From Trueperaceae bacterium (GTDB taxonomy: Bacteria; Deinococcota; Deinococci; Deinococcales; Trueperaceae), in assembly GCA_965213925.1 (NCBI GenBank), contig OZ243927.1, positions 3,712,001 to 3,776,000 on the forward strand: a DNA stretch of 64,000 nt. Reading direction: 5' to 3'. Shown piece by piece: positions 30,701-40,338 of this stretch. The notes under the pieces are model-generated. The model saw only the letters and a list, made by a program, of their open reading frames with translations. It did not search any database and was not told the origin of the DNA. How positions within the stretch are numbered: the stretch's first letter is position 1; every line of letters begins with the position of its first letter. Both the position numbers and the translations under genes were made by a program.

Positions 30701-32856
30701 TGAGCGCGGCTGAGCAGTTTGAAAACACCGCGCCTACCGTCAAGCAGCGTCCCGAACGCAGCGATACCTTCGACGTCTACTTGGGAACGGGCAAACGTGG
30801 TTCAGCCAGCGGCGGACGTTCGGGCGCGCGGCTGTGGTTAGAGACGCTCGGCGTCATCGGGCAAGGTGCAGCGGAAAAACGCTTTCCCGAAGAGGTCTTC
30901 CGCCTCACGAACGACAGCTTAGCCCTCTTGCTCGGGCGCTACTGGTCAGGGGACGGGTTCGTTTTCGGACAGGGGAACACGACACCTTACGCCGCGACCT
31001 CTTCAAAAGAACTCGCACGGCAACTTCAACACCTCCTGCTCCGCTTCGGCGTCGTCAGCCGCCTCGCAGAAAAGACGTTCGCGTATAAAGACGGGCGAAC
31101 AGGGTACACCGTTCACGCGCTAGGTAGGCGCAGTGTTGAGCGGTTTGTTGCGTACATCGCGCCGCATCTAGTCGGCAAAGACTCGCAGCTTAGCTGCTTA
31201 AAAGATTACCTGGGGCACACCCCCACCGACAGGGAGAGTGTGGACACCTTGCCGCCCGAAGTCAAAGGTTGGGTCAAGGAGGTCAAGGAACAGAGCCGTT
31301 TGACCTGGCGTGAGGTTGAAGCGCAGAGCGGCGTGTGCGTTAAGGAGCTATACGGCGATACGAAGGCGCATAAGAAGGGCTTCCGGCGCAGCACGGTTCG
31401 CAAGCTCGCTGAGTTCTTCGGTTCTGAGAGGTTGCGTCAGGCGTGCAGCAAAGACCTCTTTTGGGAGCGCGTCGAATCTATTGAACCCGCAGGTGAGGCG
31501 ATGACTTACGACCTGGAGGTTGCGCACACGCACAACTTCGTCGCCAACGACCTCTTGGTGCATAACTCGCACTCCGCCGCTTACGGCGCACTCTCCTACC
31601 AAACCGCCTACCTAAAAGCGCACTATCCCTTGGAGTTCGTCGCCGCCCTCTTAACCGTCGAACGTGGCAACTCGGACAAGGTCGCCGAATACATCACCGA
31701 CGCGCGCTATCTGGGGCTCGAGGTCTTGCCCCCCGACGTCAATGAGTCCAGAAGCGACTTTACGCCCGTGGATGAGGTCATCCGCTTCGGGCTTTACGGC
31801 ATCAAAAACGTGGGAGACGCGGCTGTTGAACACATCCTAGACGAGCGCGACAAGGGCGGGAAGTTTAGAGACCTTTACGACTTCTGCAAACGGGTGGACT
31901 CGTCGCTAGTGAATAAGCGGGCGCTGGAGCACCTCGTCAAAGCGGGCGCGTTCGACGAACTCGGCAACCGGAGCGACCTTTTGGCGAACTTAGAGCCCGC
32001 GATGAAGTGGGGCGCGGCGCAGCGCGAGCAAGCGGCGGCGGGGCAGTTCGGGCTCTTCGGCGCGGAGGAGACGAAGCCGCCTACGCCGACGAAAGTTAAG
32101 GAACATTCGAAATTAGAACTGCTCCGCTTCGAGAAAGAGGCGTTAGGGCTCTATATCTCAGATCACCCTATGAACTCCTACCCTGGTCTCACCGACGCCG
32201 CGAACTGCACGGTTGCCAAGATTGACGCTTGCTACAAGGAGCTGATGAAACGCGCGAGCGACCCCCGCCAGCGCATTGCCCTAGCGGGCATCTTGCAAAA
32301 CGTCGTCAAAAAACCGACTAAAAAGGGCACGATGATGGCGCGCTTCGAAATCGCTGACGAAACAGGCAGCCGCGAAGTGGTCGCCTTTAGCCGCACCTAT
32401 GAAGAGATCGCGGACAAACTCCAAGAGGACGCGCCCGTGGTGCTCATCGTGGAGGTTTCGAAAGACCGGGACGGCGAATCGGTGCGTATCGTGGCAGATA
32501 GGCTCATTCGCTGGGAGGAGCGCGGCGACTTGCCCGAGGTGGCGATTGCGAGCTTTGACCTCGGCGACGTGGACGAAACGCTCCTCACAGATTTTCGCTC
32601 GCACGTGGACGAGTTCGCCGGGAGGACGCCGCTGCGCCTCAAAGTGAGGTCGCCAAGAGGCGTCGCTACGTACGCGACGGAGAATATCCGAGTGGATAAG
32701 GAACGCCTCAAAGACCTAGAGCGCACCTGTCCGTGGCTCAAGACCACCGTGACCTTAGACCGAGACGGCTTGCTCCGTGCGCCTGTCAACCGTTACGGAA
32801 GGGGTGTCAAGCAAGATGATGGGAACGGTTTCAAGTCGGTAGAGGTGCCGTTTTAA
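27730..32856 (+). CDS. dnaE: DNA polymerase III alpha subunit (intein-containing)
   Basis: PHP motif HLHQHT; GRGSGAGS, PDFDVDF and KMDFLGL motifs; C-terminal OB fold. Confidence 0.97.
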   Translation: MANPSPTSKTQFAHLHQHTAYSLLDGAARIKDLMKWVKEVSPENPVLAMTDHGNMHGAVEFYKAAEKEGVKPILGFEAYVTAGSRFEKKKPSSKLDGGYFHLTLLAKNFTGYQNLCKLNSRGWLEGFYMKPRVDHELLREYSEGVIAMSGCLGAQIPRNLLDLGPEQGEAVLQQYLDIYGENFFIELQNHVPERAEDMDSSLRDLAEQQTRLNPMLKSLANKYGLGMVATNDGHYVKKEDAKAHEALLAIQTKTTLSDPGRFKFPCDEFYVKTPEEMARAIPEDEYPSALANSMNVADLCDVTLPIGSKRVYQMPELPIPAGRTLAEQLRVQTYEGLTTRYEEITEDLYRDYLACSGESVPSEAEAVYLKLAQVGERGRTPKEEGQNFDTFAYPCLKAFREQGTASEEALLILERAEFELGVIIAMGFPDYFLIVADFINWAKDHGIAVGPGRGSGAGSIVAFATRITDIDPLEFDLLFERFLNPDRVSMPDFDVDFSDTRRMEVVDYVRRKYGEEKVAQIATFGTMASKAAIRDAARVLEAPYADADAVSKLIPVVFGRSTPIARAMDEVTEIKQLYDNGAKEFVDVAMSLEGLTRHASVHAAGVIIAREPVQELAPVFRSGDGPIVCQYDMGSVEDLGFIKMDFLGLRTLSFIEAAIRIVKESRGVELDPDAFPKDDEKTFGLLSRGEAAGVFQFESPGMVDTLKKLKPRRVQDLIAVSALYRPGPMENIPTYIRRHHGADNPDFSEDPYAEFPESRQYLESILEETYGIPVYQEQIMQIAQAVAGYSLGEADLLRRAMGKKKVEEMEKQRKIFLEGAKAKGIPKDEASRIFDLLEKFANYGFNKCVVGETLIPDAQTGQLHTAADLFSEHHRPEVVSVQEDFSLTQSKTVQTMQNGVKPVYTLTTSLGKEIIATGNHPFRTLDGWKNLEDLRVGERVASPAHLSVAGQEVWDAHKLITLGWTLAEGNTCHPCGVYLYSNNEATVADMVSAAEQFENTAPTVKQRPERSDTFDVYLGTGKRGSASGGRSGARLWLETLGVIGQGAAEKRFPEEVFRLTNDSLALLLGRYWSGDGFVFGQGNTTPYAATSSKELARQLQHLLLRFGVVSRLAEKTFAYKDGRTGYTVHALGRRSVERFVAYIAPHLVGKDSQLSCLKDYLGHTPTDRESVDTLPPEVKGWVKEVKEQSRLTWREVEAQSGVCVKELYGDTKAHKKGFRRSTVRKLAEFFGSERLRQACSKDLFWERVESIEPAGEAMTYDLEVAHTHNFVANDLLVHNSHSAAYGALSYQTAYLKAHYPLEFVAALLTVERGNSDKVAEYITDARYLGLEVLPPDVNESRSDFTPVDEVIRFGLYGIKNVGDAAVEHILDERDKGGKFRDLYDFCKRVDSSLVNKRALEHLVKAGAFDELGNRSDLLANLEPAMKWGAAQREQAAAGQFGLFGAEETKPPTPTKVKEHSKLELLRFEKEALGLYISDHPMNSYPGLTDAANCTVAKIDACYKELMKRASDPRQRIALAGILQNVVKKPTKKGTMMARFEIADETGSREVVAFSRTYEEIADKLQEDAPVVLIVEVSKDRDGESVRIVADRLIRWEERGDLPEVAIASFDLGDVDETLLTDFRSHVDEFAGRTPLRLKVRSPRGVATYATENIRVDKERLKDLERTCPWLKTTVTLDRDGLLRAPVNRYGRGVKQDDGNGFKSVEVPF
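30271..31566 (+). mobile_element. DnaE intein (432 aa) with LAGLIDADG homing endonuclease
   Basis: YGFNK|CVVGET...ATGNHPF...LGWTLAEG...LGRYWSGDG...HNFVANDLLVHN|SHSAAY. Confidence 0.95.
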
Positions 32857-32880
32857 GGTCGGACACGCCGTACTATAAGC

Positions 32881-35800
32881 TTACGCTTTTGTTGTAGAAG
32901 TCTGCGGCAGAGGCGTCGCTTTCCGTCCGCCAGGTACTGGCTTCTGCTCGCCCGCTTTGGCGCGCTCCTCGCCATCTTCACCCCCTTCACCCTCAAAACG
33001 TCCCCGCTCGAACTGGTAGAAGGCAGCGGGCACGACGTAAAAGGTCAGGAGCGCGGAGCAAACCACGCCGCCTAAAATGACTAAACCGATCGGAAAGCGG
33101 AACTCGCTCCCCTCCCCTAAACCTAAGAGGAGCGGGATGCTGATGACTACAACCGTCATCGTCGTCATCATGATGGGGCGAAAGCGCAGGCTCGCCGCTT
33201 CTAAGAGGGCGTCTTGTAAAGGGGTATTGACGCCGGATTCTAAACGCTCCATCAACACTTCCAAAAGCAAAATCGCGTTTTTGACGACTAAGCCCACGAG
33301 CATCATGATGCCCAAAATCGTGATGACGTTAAACGATGTTCCTGTCAAAAAGAACACCCAGAACACGCCGACTAAAGCTAAGGGCACGGTGAGCTGCATG
33401 TAGAGCGGAAACCTAAACGAGTTGAACTGCGAGGCGATGACGAGGAAGTTTAAGAGCAGCGCGAGACCGAAGGCGATGGGCGCGTAGGTCAAGAGGTCGC
33501 CCAAGAGGTCTATGCCGCCACCGTCGTCGATGAAGACTTCGTCATCGACTAAATTCTGCGTTCTAAGTTGCGCCTCGATGTTTTGCTCAACCGTGAGCGT
33601 CGGCGGCGCGTTCGGTGCGGGGTCGGCGCTAAAGGTGACGGAGTAATTCTGGTTGGTGCGCCCGATGTTGGCGGGCGCGTCCTCGGTTTCGAAGGTGCCG
33701 AGCTGCCCGAGCGGGATTTCGGTTTGGAGCGCGGGCGCGTAGATGGGCAAGCTGAGAAGGGCTCCCTCGTCGCTCAGGAGGCTCGGCTCGGCGATGACCA
33801 AGATGTCGTACTCTTCGCCGCCATTACGGAGCGTGCCCGACTCCGCCCCGACGTTGTAGGTGCGCAGAGCGTCGTAGACCAGGCGGGTGTTGAGCCCCGT
33901 GCCGACTAGGGCGCTCTGGTCGATCATGAAGACGCGCTCGGACGTGGTTTCTGCAAAGCTCGAGGTCACGTTGCGCAAGTTGGAGCTGCCCTCTAAGAGC
34001 GTGCGCACCTCCTCTTCGCGCTCCTGTAGAGCGTCTAGGCTGCTCGAGGCGATGGTCAGCGCGAAGCTGTTGTCCGTCGCGCCGCCGCCCCCATTGGTGA
34101 GGTTGCCTGTCGAGACGCGCAGTTCGGCTTCGGGGTAGGGGGCGAGGGCTTCGCTGAGTACCCGTTCGACGTTGGGCAAGAGGTCGAAGCTCGAGCGGCG
34201 CTCGTCGTAGTTGATTAGGTCGAGTGAGAGTTCCGCGCGGGTCGGGTCAGTCTCACCCTGCTGCTCGCCCGAGCCTACCGTGACCCTGAGCGTCTCTAAG
34301 TAGGGTAAGCCGAGGACCGCCTGCTCCGCTCGCGCTGCAATAAAGTCGGTCTGGTCTAAGCTGGTGCCGCTCGGCAGCTCGACTTCGGCGGAGATGGTGC
34401 CGTTGTCCGCGTCCGGCGTGAACTGAAAGCCCAGGTTCGGCGCGACAAAGAACAGGCTCGCGACGAGCCCCACCGCGACGAGCAGCACCAGCCAGGGCGC
34501 TTTGAGTGCCCCTTTAAGCGAGCTGACGTAAGCGCTACGCAACCACTCGTTAAACCTGTCGCCGACTTCGTAAAGACTGCGGAAGATGGCTCCGAAGAAG
34601 TACAGGACGGCGCGCGCGAGGTAGATTAACAGCGGGACGAAGAGCGGCGCGAGCCAGAACGCCGCGCCCACGGCTGCCCAAACCGGACCCTGCGCGAAGA
34701 AGAGAATGCCGCCCGTGATGAGCGCCAAGAGGTAAATCCAGGGCTTTTTGTACCCGGACACGTACCAGCGGAAGTCCTTTTTAATCTTAGGTAGCGTATG
34801 CCCGAACTCCGACCAGGTTGGCGGCAGCGGGTCGCCCATGAGCGCCAGGCGCACCGTTAAGAAGAACATGGCGTCTAAGTACGAGATGATGATGGTTCCG
34901 GTCATCGTCAAGCCGAACTGCGCGAAAAACTGTCCGACGATACCCGGTAAGAACGAAATCGGGATGAAGACGGCGAGGAGTGATAAAGTTCCGGCTAAGA
35001 CCGCCGTCGTGACTTCGCCCGCGCCCTCCACAATCGCCTCGGTCTTCGAATACCCCTCTTTCCTGAGCCGGTCGATGTTCTCCGCGACGACGATGCCGTC
35101 GTCCACCACCAAGCCGATGGCGATGGTGATGGCTAAGAGCGAGATGATGTTGAAGGTGAAGCCCAGAAGCGTGATGGTGATGAACGCGCCCATGATGGCG
35201 ACGGGGATGGAGAAGACGACGGCGAACACCGTCCCTAATCGTCCGACAAACAAGAAGATGACTAAGGCGACGGCGAAGCTCGCGATGAAGACCTCTTGAA
35301 AGGTACTGTTGACCGTCGCTTCGGTGAAGGTGGTAGTGTCGTCAACGACCGTAGCGGTGTAGCCGTCGGGGAGGCGGATGGTCTCTAGCGTGTCCGCCAC
35401 CTCGTTCGCCGCCGCCACCGAGTTACTGCCCGAAGTTTTGCGCACCTCAACCAACACGACAGGTTCGCCGTCCACGCGGTTGTACGTTTCGATGTCGGCG
35501 GCGGTGTCGCGAATCGTGGCGACGTCGCTCACGCGCAGCCCCCGCGCCGTATCGACGAGGATGGCGTCGATTTCGGCAGCGGTGGCGGGCACGTTGCGCC
35601 CCGTTAAGGTGACGCGCTCGCTGTCAAACTCGAGCGTCCCAAACGCCAAGTCGAGCGCCGAGTTGTTGATGGCGTCGGACACGTCGCGCGGGCTCAGGTC
35701 GAAGCGCTCGAGCCTAGCCGGGTCGAGCATGACTTGAAACTCGCGCACCACAGGTCCGACGACGGCGACGTCCGCCACCCCGTCCACGCGCTGTAAAACG

Positions 35801-36291
35801 GGCTGCAAGGTATCTTCGACGTAGTCTTGCACTTCGCGCAGGTCCGCGCCGGGGCTGCCCACGGCGATGTTGACGATGGGCTGGTCCGCCGGGTCGAACT
35901 TGCGGATGTTGGGCGTCGTGGCGTCATCAGGCAGCTCGTTCAAGACCAAGTTGACGCGCTGGTTGACCTCGAAGGCGGCATCATTTTCGTCGATGCCTGC
36001 GCCAAAACTCACGGTGATGAGGCTCAAGCCTTCGAAGCTCTCCGAGGTGATCGAACTGATACCCGCAATCGTGTTGAGTTCGTCCTCGATGGGCTCCGTG
36101 ACCTGCTGCACGACCTCTCGTGAGCCTGCGCCCGGATAAGCGGTCGTCACGGCGATAGTGGCGGTGTCGATTTCGGGGAAGAGGTCGGTACCGACCGCCG
36201 TATACGCGATGACCCCGAAGAGCATCAGAGAGCCGAAGGCGCTTAATGTGAGTACCCAGCGGCGGACGAAAAAGTCGACGAGTCGCTTCAC
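32881..36291 (-). CDS. RND efflux permease (AcrB/AcrD/AcrF family)
   Basis: GLVVDDGIVVAEN, GLVVKNAILL and RFRPIMMTT motifs. Confidence 0.93.
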   Translation of the reverse strand: MKRLVDFFVRRWVLTLSAFGSLMLFGVIAYTAVGTDLFPEIDTATIAVTTAYPGAGSREVVQQVTEPIEDELNTIAGISSITSESFEGLSLITVSFGAGIDENDAAFEVNQRVNLVLNELPDDATTPNIRKFDPADQPIVNIAVGSPGADLREVQDYVEDTLQPVLQRVDGVADVAVVGPVVREFQVMLDPARLERFDLSPRDVSDAINNSALDLAFGTLEFDSERVTLTGRNVPATAAEIDAILVDTARGLRVSDVATIRDTAADIETYNRVDGEPVVLVEVRKTSGSNSVAAANEVADTLETIRLPDGYTATVVDDTTTFTEATVNSTFQEVFIASFAVALVIFLFVGRLGTVFAVVFSIPVAIMGAFITITLLGFTFNIISLLAITIAIGLVVDDGIVVAENIDRLRKEGYSKTEAIVEGAGEVTTAVLAGTLSLLAVFIPISFLPGIVGQFFAQFGLTMTGTIIISYLDAMFFLTVRLALMGDPLPPTWSEFGHTLPKIKKDFRWYVSGYKKPWIYLLALITGGILFFAQGPVWAAVGAAFWLAPLFVPLLIYLARAVLYFFGAIFRSLYEVGDRFNEWLRSAYVSSLKGALKAPWLVLLVAVGLVASLFFVAPNLGFQFTPDADNGTISAEVELPSGTSLDQTDFIAARAEQAVLGLPYLETLRVTVGSGEQQGETDPTRAELSLDLINYDERRSSFDLLPNVERVLSEALAPYPEAELRVSTGNLTNGGGGATDNSFALTIASSSLDALQEREEEVRTLLEGSSNLRNVTSSFAETTSERVFMIDQSALVGTGLNTRLVYDALRTYNVGAESGTLRNGGEEYDILVIAEPSLLSDEGALLSLPIYAPALQTEIPLGQLGTFETEDAPANIGRTNQNYSVTFSADPAPNAPPTLTVEQNIEAQLRTQNLVDDEVFIDDGGGIDLLGDLLTYAPIAFGLALLLNFLVIASQFNSFRFPLYMQLTVPLALVGVFWVFFLTGTSFNVITILGIMMLVGLVVKNAILLLEVLMERLESGVNTPLQDALLEAASLRFRPIMMTTMTVVVISIPLLLGLGEGSEFRFPIGLVILGGVVCSALLTFYVVPAAFYQFERGRFEGEGGEDGEERAKAGEQKPVPGGRKATPLPQTSTTKA

Positions 36292-37586
36292 GGGGTGCCT
36301 CCTTGTGTAGCTGCGTTGAGTGCGCTGGCAATTTCGCTGCTCTCAGCCGTCTGACCGACCGCTCGCACGGGCGTGCCCGCTCGCAAATCGGACGGGACGG
36401 GGTAAATCACCCTCGTCCCTGCCTCTAAGCCGCGCACCACGACGCGGTCACCCGACTCGCCGACGAGTTGGACGCTCTGCCGCTTCGCCGCGCCCTCTTC
36501 GATAACGAGGACGTAAGTTTGACCCGAGGCGGTGCGCAGGGCGTTCGACGGCACGGTGATACCTTCGCCCAAGTTGACCTCGTAGCGGAGCTGGGCGGTT
36601 GCGCCCGTCGGAATGCGCGTCTGCGCGTCGTAGAGCTTGGCGGTCATATTGACGAGCCCGGATTGGCTCGCCGTTTTCGAGGCGCGGACAATCTGCGCGG
36701 CGTAGCCCAGCCCCCGGTAGTAGACTTGCACCTCGCCGCGTAAGGCGAGTTCGGCGGCGTCTTCGGGTGTCACGCTAAAGCGGGCGAGTTGCGCGTCGGT
36801 GCTGACCAACCGAAAGGCGGGGTTGCCTGCTTGGGCGAATTCGCCCTCTTCTACTAACACATCGGCGACCTCGCCCGCAAAGGGCGCTTTGATGGTGGCG
36901 TCGGCGAAGCTCTGCTCAGCTTGGGCGAGGCTCGTTTGGGCTTGCTCTAACTGTAGCCGCTGCAGCTCCAAGTCTTCACCCGGCGCACGCTCCAACTGCG
37001 CTAGATTATGCTGCGCCTGCTGGTAGCTGGACTGCGCCCCCTCCAACTGCGCCTGAAATTGCGTAAGCTGCTTCTGCGAGATGCCGCCCGACTGAAAGAG
37101 CTGCTGACCTTCTTCGTAGTCTTGCTGCGCGAGCGTGAGGTTGGTCTCTGCGTTTTGCAGGGCGTTTCGCGCCTGCTTTACACCCTCTTGCGTCGAGTTT
37201 TGAGCGCTCGAGAGGTTCACCCTCGCCGTCTGCACGGCGGAGCGGGCGTTATCTACCTGAAGCTGAAGCTGCGCGGTGTCCAGTTGAATCACCGGGTCGC
37301 CCGCTTTCACCTCCGCGCCTTCACGCTTTAAGATTTTCGCGACCTTACCCGCAGCGTCGGCGGCGACTTGGCTTTCCTGGAAGGGGTCCACCGTCACGGC
37401 GGCGGTGCGGGTCGTGTTCAAGTTGCCCTCTTCCGCCTGGATCGTTCTGACCTGGCGGGCTCTGGGGGCTTGGTTAATTTGCTGGGCTGAACTGCGCTCA
37501 GCCTCGGAGGGACCACACGCTGCGAGCAGCGCCGCGAGCATGAGGAAACTGATGAGGGTTAGGGTTGGCTTATTCATCTCTATCAC
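36288..37586 (-). CDS. RND periplasmic adaptor (MFP), lipoprotein
   Basis: LAAC lipobox, lipoyl-like VKAGDPVIQLD and IKAPFAG, central coiled coil. Confidence 0.9.
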   Translation of the reverse strand: MIEMNKPTLTLISFLMLAALLAACGPSEAERSSAQQINQAPRARQVRTIQAEEGNLNTTRTAAVTVDPFQESQVAADAAGKVAKILKREGAEVKAGDPVIQLDTAQLQLQVDNARSAVQTARVNLSSAQNSTQEGVKQARNALQNAETNLTLAQQDYEEGQQLFQSGGISQKQLTQFQAQLEGAQSSYQQAQHNLAQLERAPGEDLELQRLQLEQAQTSLAQAEQSFADATIKAPFAGEVADVLVEEGEFAQAGNPAFRLVSTDAQLARFSVTPEDAAELALRGEVQVYYRGLGYAAQIVRASKTASQSGLVNMTAKLYDAQTRIPTGATAQLRYEVNLGEGITVPSNALRTASGQTYVLVIEEGAAKRQSVQLVGESGDRVVVRGLEAGTRVIYPVPSDLRAGTPVRAVGQTAESSEIASALNAATQGGTP

Positions 37587-37699
37587 CTCTTGCGCGGTGT
37601 CGCGCTGACCTTATGGGAATGGGAATATAGGAGGGCTCGAGCCTGCCCTTTATCACGGCTGTGACCTCACTCAGAAACTGCTCTAAAACACGTCTCAAT

Positions 37700-38905
37700 C
37701 TAGTCATTTTGGATGTTCTCCTCGAGGTTGACATTTGGGTTGGCATCGGGCGTATTTGGAGCGGCTCGAGAGGTCGTACCGGCTCGTTCACCAACCGCGT
37801 CCCACGCAACTTGCGCGTTTTCCTGAACGTTAGCGGCGGAACCCACGGACGCCTCTATCCGCGCGGCGGATGGGGCGTCTAAAGTGTCAGGTCCGGCGAG
37901 GTTCACAAAGGTGCCCGCTTGAAGGTTGAGTAAAGAGGTCAGGTAGCCGTAGCGGGCTCCTTGCGCCTCTAACTCGGCTTGCAGGTTAGAAAGCTCGGCT
38001 TGGCTCAGTTCAATCTGCGCAAGGAGCCCGCCTTCGAAGCGCTCCCTCTGAGTTTGCAGTCGCTCATTCGCGTTTTTGAGCGCTTCTTGCTCCACGCGGT
38101 AGGTTTCCTGGGCGCTCTCCGTCCCGTTAAAGAGGTTGCGTGCTTGGATACGGAAGCTGCGCTCTGTTTCTTGCAGTCCTTCCTGGGCGTTCACCACGCC
38201 CGTCTCGGCGCTGTCAATCTGCGAGCGCGAGGCGTAGGAGGGGTCTAAGAGGTCGAGATTGAGCCTCGCTAACTCGAGCCCCTGCTCCGCCTGCAACACG
38301 GTGGGGTGCTGTTCAGCCGCGTTCAAAACCCTCTCTAACTCGGGAATTTGGACGAGGTAATCGTCGGGGATGGGTTCTAAAGCGGACGCTCCAAATTCTT
38401 GATTCAGAATGCTCTCGAGATTGTTCAAAGCGACACCCAAGGTGTCTCTCGAGGCGCGGAAGTTATTTTCTGCTTCGTTAAATGAGGTTCGCGCCTCATC
38501 CAAGTCGAGCTGCGTGCCGCTGCCGTTAGAGAGGCGAATCTGCGCGATGTTGAGGGACGCCTCGCTGACCGACTGACCTTTCTGGGCGACCTCTAAGCCC
38601 TTCCTCGCCTGCAACACGTCGGTATAGGCGGACGCGACCTCTTGCACAGCGCTGTAGTAGGTCTGCTCAAAGGCGGTGCGAGCGAGCGCTAAGCGCTGCT
38701 CGGCTTGTAAGGTCTCGGCGCGCACCGCTAAAGGATCACCCTGGACGCGCTCTAAGTTCACCACCGCGTCGCGCAGCTCGGTGCGGGCGGTCACGACGGC
38801 GGTGCGTTCTGACACGGAGCCTAGCGCCTCCTCCAAGGTGAGCGCGTGCGCGGCGCTCAGTGTGAAGGCGAGAAGGACGAGAAATGTGCGGATAAAGGGC
38901 GTCAT
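37700..38905 (-). CDS. TolC family outer membrane protein
   Basis: Signal peptide; RLSNGSGTQLDL and RFEGGLLAQIEL repeats. Confidence 0.8.
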   Translation of the reverse strand: MTPFIRTFLVLLAFTLSAAHALTLEEALGSVSERTAVVTARTELRDAVVNLERVQGDPLAVRAETLQAEQRLALARTAFEQTYYSAVQEVASAYTDVLQARKGLEVAQKGQSVSEASLNIAQIRLSNGSGTQLDLDEARTSFNEAENNFRASRDTLGVALNNLESILNQEFGASALEPIPDDYLVQIPELERVLNAAEQHPTVLQAEQGLELARLNLDLLDPSYASRSQIDSAETGVVNAQEGLQETERSFRIQARNLFNGTESAQETYRVEQEALKNANERLQTQRERFEGGLLAQIELSQAELSNLQAELEAQGARYGYLTSLLNLQAGTFVNLAGPDTLDAPSAARIEASVGSAANVQENAQVAWDAVGERAGTTSRAAPNTPDANPNVNLEENIQND

Positions 38906-40338
38906 TGTAAAACCTCCGAAGGGGGTAGGGCGTAAAACTCATACGTGTCTAAGAGGGCTTGAAGGGCGCTGAAGCGGGCTTGGCTCAGCTCGGTGTCCTC
39001 TTCCAAGAGGTCCACTAAAGATTGCTGCGTCTCCAGAGGTGTGATCAGCCCGACCTCTTGGCGTTGCCTATTCTCCTCGAAGTCTTGTAGAGCGTTGCCA
39101 AACTGGATTTGCTCCAACGCCACCGTCCGCTCCGCTTCGTTAAGGGCGTTGAGGAGCGAGGCGTTTTGCACCTCGGCGTTTTCTCGGGAGGACTCGAGCC
39201 TCGCGCGCGCCGCCTCTCTTTGACGTTCAGCCGCGTCAATTTCATCGAAGACGCCGAACGAGATATTCGCGGAGACGCCGACTTGCAGAGAGCCGTTCAC
39301 CGCCGTCTCTGAACCCGCGCGCGCCGGGTCTCGATAGGTGTAGCCGACGCTCGGCTGTAGGTTGCGCGATTCGGTGGAGATGCTCACCGAACTCCTATCG
39401 TCCAAGTTGTAGCTGTACGACGCTTGCGCGACGGGGTAGAGGTCGCGCCGGGCACTCCCAACACCGATGCCGGCTTGCCCTAAAGAAATCTGCGAGCGCT
39501 GCACGGAGAGAGGTAAGCCCTCCGTCACGCGGGGCAGCGTGATGAGTGTGCTAATGTCCCCATCTGCCTGATTTTCCAAAACCTCGATGAAGTCCGCCAA
39601 GTCGAGATTTTGCAGGCTCAAGCGGGCTAACTCCAAGTTTGCTTGGGCGTTCCGCGAAAAGTTCTGTGCTTGTTGGAGGTTCGCCTGCGCGTCTCTCAGT
39701 TCGCGCTCGTTGGCCGCGCCTCGGTCGAAGCGGGTTTGGGTTGCCTCTAAAGCAGACTGCGCTGCCTCTAAAGTGTTCTCGGCTAACTGAACGGATTGCT
39801 GGGCGAGTTGAAACTGCAAGGCGGTTTCTAGGGCTTGGTTCTCGAGCCCCGTCACCGCCTCGCGAAAGTCCAAAACGGCGCTCTCCAGTGCCAACTCCTG
39901 CTGCCGCACCAGGTCGCGGACGTCGCCAAAGGGAAAGGGGCGAAAGGTCGCGTTGGCGGAGAGCTGGGTCGCGTTGGGTGCGCCCATGGGTTGTCCGCCC
40001 TCGTCCGGCTGCTCCTGCTGCTGAGGCTCGACCTGCGGAGCCGCCGAGGGGTCGGCGTCGGTATCGGTCGTGTTGTAGGTCCCCTGCACCTCTAACGAGG
40101 CGGGGTTATGCGCGGCGCGGAGCTGCGCTTCGGCGGCGTCTACGGCGGCTTGCGCGGCGACGTAGCGCGGGTTCTCACGCAGGATTTGCAGGAGAGACTC
40201 GAGTAATTCCTGTTGGTTTTGTATTTGGACTTGCGCTTCTGGTTCAGTCTCGGACTGCGCGTCTTGCGCGGAAGCGTACGCGAACATAGGCGCGAGCAGC
40301 GCGAAGCATAGGGTGAGTAGAATTTTAGGCGGCGTCAT
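38902..40338 (-). CDS. TolC family outer membrane protein
   Basis: RFDRGAANEREL and VGLITPLE repeats. ATG 40338 overlaps the MarR stop codon. Confidence 0.8.
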   Translation of the reverse strand: MTPPKILLTLCFALLAPMFAYASAQDAQSETEPEAQVQIQNQQELLESLLQILRENPRYVAAQAAVDAAEAQLRAAHNPASLEVQGTYNTTDTDADPSAAPQVEPQQQEQPDEGGQPMGAPNATQLSANATFRPFPFGDVRDLVRQQELALESAVLDFREAVTGLENQALETALQFQLAQQSVQLAENTLEAAQSALEATQTRFDRGAANERELRDAQANLQQAQNFSRNAQANLELARLSLQNLDLADFIEVLENQADGDISTLITLPRVTEGLPLSVQRSQISLGQAGIGVGSARRDLYPVAQASYSYNLDDRSSVSISTESRNLQPSVGYTYRDPARAGSETAVNGSLQVGVSANISFGVFDEIDAAERQREAARARLESSRENAEVQNASLLNALNEAERTVALEQIQFGNALQDFEENRQRQEVGLITPLETQQSLVDLLEEDTELSQARFSALQALLDTYEFYALPPSEVLQ

